Of a DNA stretch of 38,614 nt, positions 36,257 through 38,614 are shown piece by piece (positions within the stretch are counted from its first letter, which is position 1; every line of letters begins with the position of its first letter). The stretch lies in assembly GCA_039801285.1 (NCBI GenBank), contig JBDRUJ010000001.1, forward strand, positions 1 through 38,614. The letters are read 5' to 3'. Source of the DNA: a candidate division WOR-3 bacterium. Its GTDB lineage: Bacteria > Hydrothermota > Tepidihabitantia > Tepidihabitantales > Tepidihabitantaceae. The translations under genes and the position numbers were made by a program. The notes beneath the pieces are model-generated. The model ran no database searches and was not told where the DNA came from. It was given only the letters and a program-made list of their open reading frames with translations.

Positions 36257-36551
36257 GGATGCCTCCTTCTGGAAGATAGGTGCTGACTGTATCCGGTTTG
36301 ATATTCTGACGGGCAAGAATTGTGAGTGCCGGGGCAAGTTGACTGGTATCAAGCACCAGAACTGCTCCGCATCCGGCAACTCGGCGGGGAGCGACAATCA
36401 CATCAATCCCATTTTCTCTGAGTAACTGACCAGCACAAAGGAGGGAACGGATTGTGGAGAATGAAAGTGCAGTTAGCTCTGGAACGAACGGCTCCAAGGT
36501 GTCTGCACGGGGCGAACCGCTCCGCATCACTCCATCAGTCATGTTTGCCAC
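36249..36551 (-). CDS. DUF3343-like putative Se/S carrier protein
   Basis: 100-aa ORF. The core ALSFSTIRSLLCAGQLLRENGIDVIVAPRRVAGCGAVLVL fits the DUF3343 pattern (helix, G-I, P-x-P-R-x-x-x-x-CG-x-x-L). It overlaps yedF by 8 nt. The exact start is uncertain. Confidence 0.6.
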   Translation of the reverse strand: MANMTDGVMRSGSPRADTLEPFVPELTALSFSTIRSLLCAGQLLRENGIDVIVAPRRVAGCGAVLVLDTSQLAPALTILARQNIKPDTVSTYLPEGGIHE

Positions 36552-36648
36552 CTCCGGCCCATGTAGTTGAGAAGTGCGCAGCCTGATAACCCAATAAGAG
36601 CGATTCTGTCCAGCGAGAGCCCATTTCGGGCAGGGGCCGCGACCCTTG

Positions 36649-37308
36649 TCATCGGACTATCACCTTCCTGACTGCCGATTCAGAACCACTGTTCATTCTG
36701 AAGAGATAGACACCGGCAGGCAGGTAGCAGAGGCCGTTCAAGCCGGGCCGCAATTCCATCACCTTGCGGCCGGAGATATCGAACAGGCAAGCGGTGACCC
36801 CATCAGACAGAAACAAAAATCGGCGCACGAAAGTTCCTTCATTCATCGTTCGGGTAGAACCGTCCATCCTTTCCTCAATCCCGGCGCCAACGATTGTGTG
36901 GGTGGCAATTGACTCAGCCAGAGCCGGGTTGCCGAGCGAGCGGACCCTGAGGCTGACAATCTCTTCGCCCTGGGTCGTGGTGGTAAAGACCGACACCTCA
37001 GGAGTGGTATCTTGAGCACCCACATCAAGGGTGTCGTACATCAGAACCCCGGGCTCGGTGCATAGGCCGCGAACACAGTAGATAACCGACCAGCCGGGAA
37101 CCGCTTGGATAACACGACAATCAAACTCATATACATCCGGCTCAGTGCCGGTGTTGGTCAGGGTGAAGTGGAAGATGGCCTCAGCCCCAGGAGAGACCCT
37201 TTGCACCGTATCCCCTCGACAATAGAAGTCGAATCCGTAGCCGGCGAATGCCAAGCCAATATCAGCAAGAAGCAGCCCACAAATCAGCACCAGTCGTTTC
37301 ATCTTCAC
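36649..37308 (-). CDS. Secreted hypothetical protein with a T9SS C-terminal sorting domain
   Basis: 219-aa ORF with a signal peptide (MKMKRLVLICGLLLADIGLAFA). The C-terminal tail is LFDISGRKV...AGVYLFRMNSG...KVIVR. Confidence 0.65.
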   Translation of the reverse strand: MKMKRLVLICGLLLADIGLAFAGYGFDFYCRGDTVQRVSPGAEAIFHFTLTNTGTEPDVYEFDCRVIQAVPGWSVIYCVRGLCTEPGVLMYDTLDVGAQDTTPEVSVFTTTTQGEEIVSLRVRSLGNPALAESIATHTIVGAGIEERMDGSTRTMNEGTFVRRFLFLSDGVTACLFDISGRKVMELRPGLNGLCYLPAGVYLFRMNSGSESAVRKVIVR

Positions 37309-38084
37309 CTCCCTGAAATAAAGTCGGTCCGGGCCGCTTGGAGCACCCGGCGGGTTCTAGGCTCTTGGACAAAGACAACCGCGTGGAGTTGCCGGGGATT
37401 CCAGAAGCCGGCCCGAACGAATTGCTCCTCTAATCTGATGGTGTCGGCACGGCTCAGCCAGATGGGACGGCCGTTGGGCCCGGGCAGAAGCGCCCGCATG
37501 ACAGAGTTGAAGACCGAATCGGTTGCTCCGCTCAGGGTGGCGCGAACACTGTCCTCAGTGATGACGACAAAGAGCCTGAGGCTCTCAGCCGGCGTTGAGT
37601 CCACACCACCGGCATCAACCGTGACGAGCCCTCCGCTTGAATCGAGCACCGCCGTGACATTGAGCTGGGCCTTTGGCGTCACGCTCCGGCTGGCCAGGAT
37701 GTAGTTGCGGAAGGTTTCGTAATTATGCTCAGGTCCGGGTGTCCTGACCACCGCACCGCCATCAAACACCGTTGCCGGCTCACCACCGGTCTCATAGTAG
37801 AGCCGGCGCCGCGCCTCAACATACTCGGGCGAGAGGGTGTCGCCGGCAATGCGGCGGTGATAGGCAATTACCACCACACTGTCCCGGAGCTCCCGCGCCA
37901 GGCTTTCAAGTGTGTGGGCCGCATAGGGACAATAGACGCAGCGCTGCCAGGTGAACAGCTCGGCCAGGACCACCCGGTTGGTCGGCACCAGCGGCACCAA
38001 AGGTGCATCCGAGCAGCCAGGGAGCCCGGCGAGGCCCAAGATGTTCAGTTGCACGATGAGCCTCACCACGCTCCTGCCGGCCAT
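37305..38084 (-). CDS. Thioredoxin-fold lipoprotein with a CxxC motif (Omp28-related/TlpA-like)
   Basis: 259-aa ORF with a lipobox-like LAGLPGCS. VVLAELFTWQRCVYCPYA is a thioredoxin-like CxxC context. It overlaps the downstream gene by 4 nt. Confidence 0.55.
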   Translation of the reverse strand: MAGRSVVRLIVQLNILGLAGLPGCSDAPLVPLVPTNRVVLAELFTWQRCVYCPYAAHTLESLARELRDSVVVIAYHRRIAGDTLSPEYVEARRRLYYETGGEPATVFDGGAVVRTPGPEHNYETFRNYILASRSVTPKAQLNVTAVLDSSGGLVTVDAGGVDSTPAESLRLFVVITEDSVRATLSGATDSVFNSVMRALLPGPNGRPIWLSRADTIRLEEQFVRAGFWNPRQLHAVVFVQEPRTRRVLQAARTDFISGR

Positions 38085-38087
38085 TTC

Positions 38088-38614
38088 TTAGCGGGCCACA
38101 ACCACCCTGGCCCTGGCGGAATGACTCCCTGCGGCGACGCAGATGATATAACTACCAGTGGGCACCGGTCTGTTGTGGTCGTCACGCAGGTTCCAGAAGA
38201 CTATGCCCGACTCAACTAGGCCTTGCCCGAGATGCCGGACCAGCCGACCGGCCGCATCGTAAGCGAGGATGTCCGCCTTCGAGCCGGCCGGAACCTGATA
38301 GCCGACTTCAACCCGTTCTCGCACCGGGCTGCCACTGACAGCTACCTTCAGAGGAAGCGGCTTAGGTCCCTCCGCCACCCCGACCTGCGGACTGCACCAG
38401 AAGTCGTCAATGTACCAGCCTTCGGCCACCGTGTTGTAGTCGCTGATGAACCGGAACCGGAGCTGGACGGTCTGACCCCGGAACGGGCCGAGGTCAAAGT
38501 TCTCCTCAACCCAGCCCGACGAACTCCCATCCCAGGACCCGAGCTGCCGCCAGAACGGCGAGCCGTTGTTGATGTCGAGCATGCAGAAGTCGTAAGTCGC
38601 CTCAGTCTCGTAGT
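38088..38614 (-). CDS. 3' part of a large secreted protein with a T9SS C-terminal sorting domain (partial; continues beyond the window)
   Basis: The frame is open to the window edge (..YETEATYDFCMLDINNG..). The C-terminal tail is ILAYDAAGRLV...WNLRDDHNRPVPTGSYIICV...VVVAR. Confidence 0.6.
   Translation of the reverse strand, partial: YETEATYDFCMLDINNGSPFWRQLGSWDGSSSGWVEENFDLGPFRGQTVQLRFRFISDYNTVAEGWYIDDFWCSPQVGVAEGPKPLPLKVAVSGSPVRERVEVGYQVPAGSKADILAYDAAGRLVRHLGQGLVESGIVFWNLRDDHNRPVPTGSYIICVAAGSHSARARVVVAR

Noticed and set aside
36257-36397. The N-terminal 47-aa extension of the YedF-like ORF as listed in the ORF track (start at 36397).
   Set aside because: The extension (MSLPAELPDAEQFWCLIPVNLPRHSQFLPV...) overlaps most of the DUF3343 gene in another frame and has no RBS. 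The internal ATG at 36256 has GAAGGAGG upstream and gives a protein of the expected ~197 aa.
36552-36648. Cobalamin riboswitch, or another leader, in front of the corrinoid/selenium operon.
   Set aside because: Only 97 nt are available and I see no B12-box-like (GCCACUG context) element. The region is more consistent with a simple promoter (TGGACA-N17-TTATCA on the minus strand) plus an RBS.

Overview
This is a 38.6-kb window from a high-G+C bacterial chromosome; spot counts of single 60-nt lines give about 60-67% G+C in the housekeeping genes. All product calls come from reading motifs in the supplied translations, and no database search was possible. The housekeeping backbone is tRNA-Val(TAC), groES-groEL, an FmdB-type zinc-ribbon gene, a stand-alone 16S rRNA gene, rsmG, a YhaM-like OB/HD nuclease, yebC-ruvC-ruvA-ruvB, parA-parB, an M23 peptidase, murA and ispG. 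The 16S gene has its own promoter candidate, a flanking processing stem and an intrinsic terminator, with no 23S, 5S or spacer tRNAs downstream. Eight ORFs end in a T9SS-type C-terminal sorting domain and one ORF resembles a PorV/PorQ outer-membrane barrel. This suggests an uncultivated T9SS-using (FCB-like) lineage, and the 16S gene would allow proper placement. The most interesting region is an 8.6-kb, nine-gene, translationally coupled minus-strand operon (27964-36551). It joins a selenium-activation module to a complete corrinoid methyl-transfer set and a pair of 2-hydroxyacyl-CoA-dehydratase-family proteins. The selenium module is a DUF3343-like carrier, a YedF-like TusA/DsrE fusion, and a SelD whose N-terminus contains an in-frame UGA selenocysteine codon that the ORF track truncates. 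The corrinoid set is a corrinoid protein, two Zn-motif MtaA/URO-D-family methyltransferases and a RACo/RamA-type reductive activase. I interpret the operon as a candidate methylated-selenium salvage system with an undescribed reductive component. Other notable items are listed below.
- A low-G+C two-gene islet whose promoter has consensus -35 and -10 hexamers separated by a (CT)11 tract, which looks like a phase-variation design.
- A dispersed hairpin repeat family in three intergenic regions.
- Two long GC-rich gene-free regions that share a 16-mer.
- A disrupted secreted-protein gene with one frameshift and one in-frame TAG.
- An rsmG whose conserved N-terminus has no canonical start codon.
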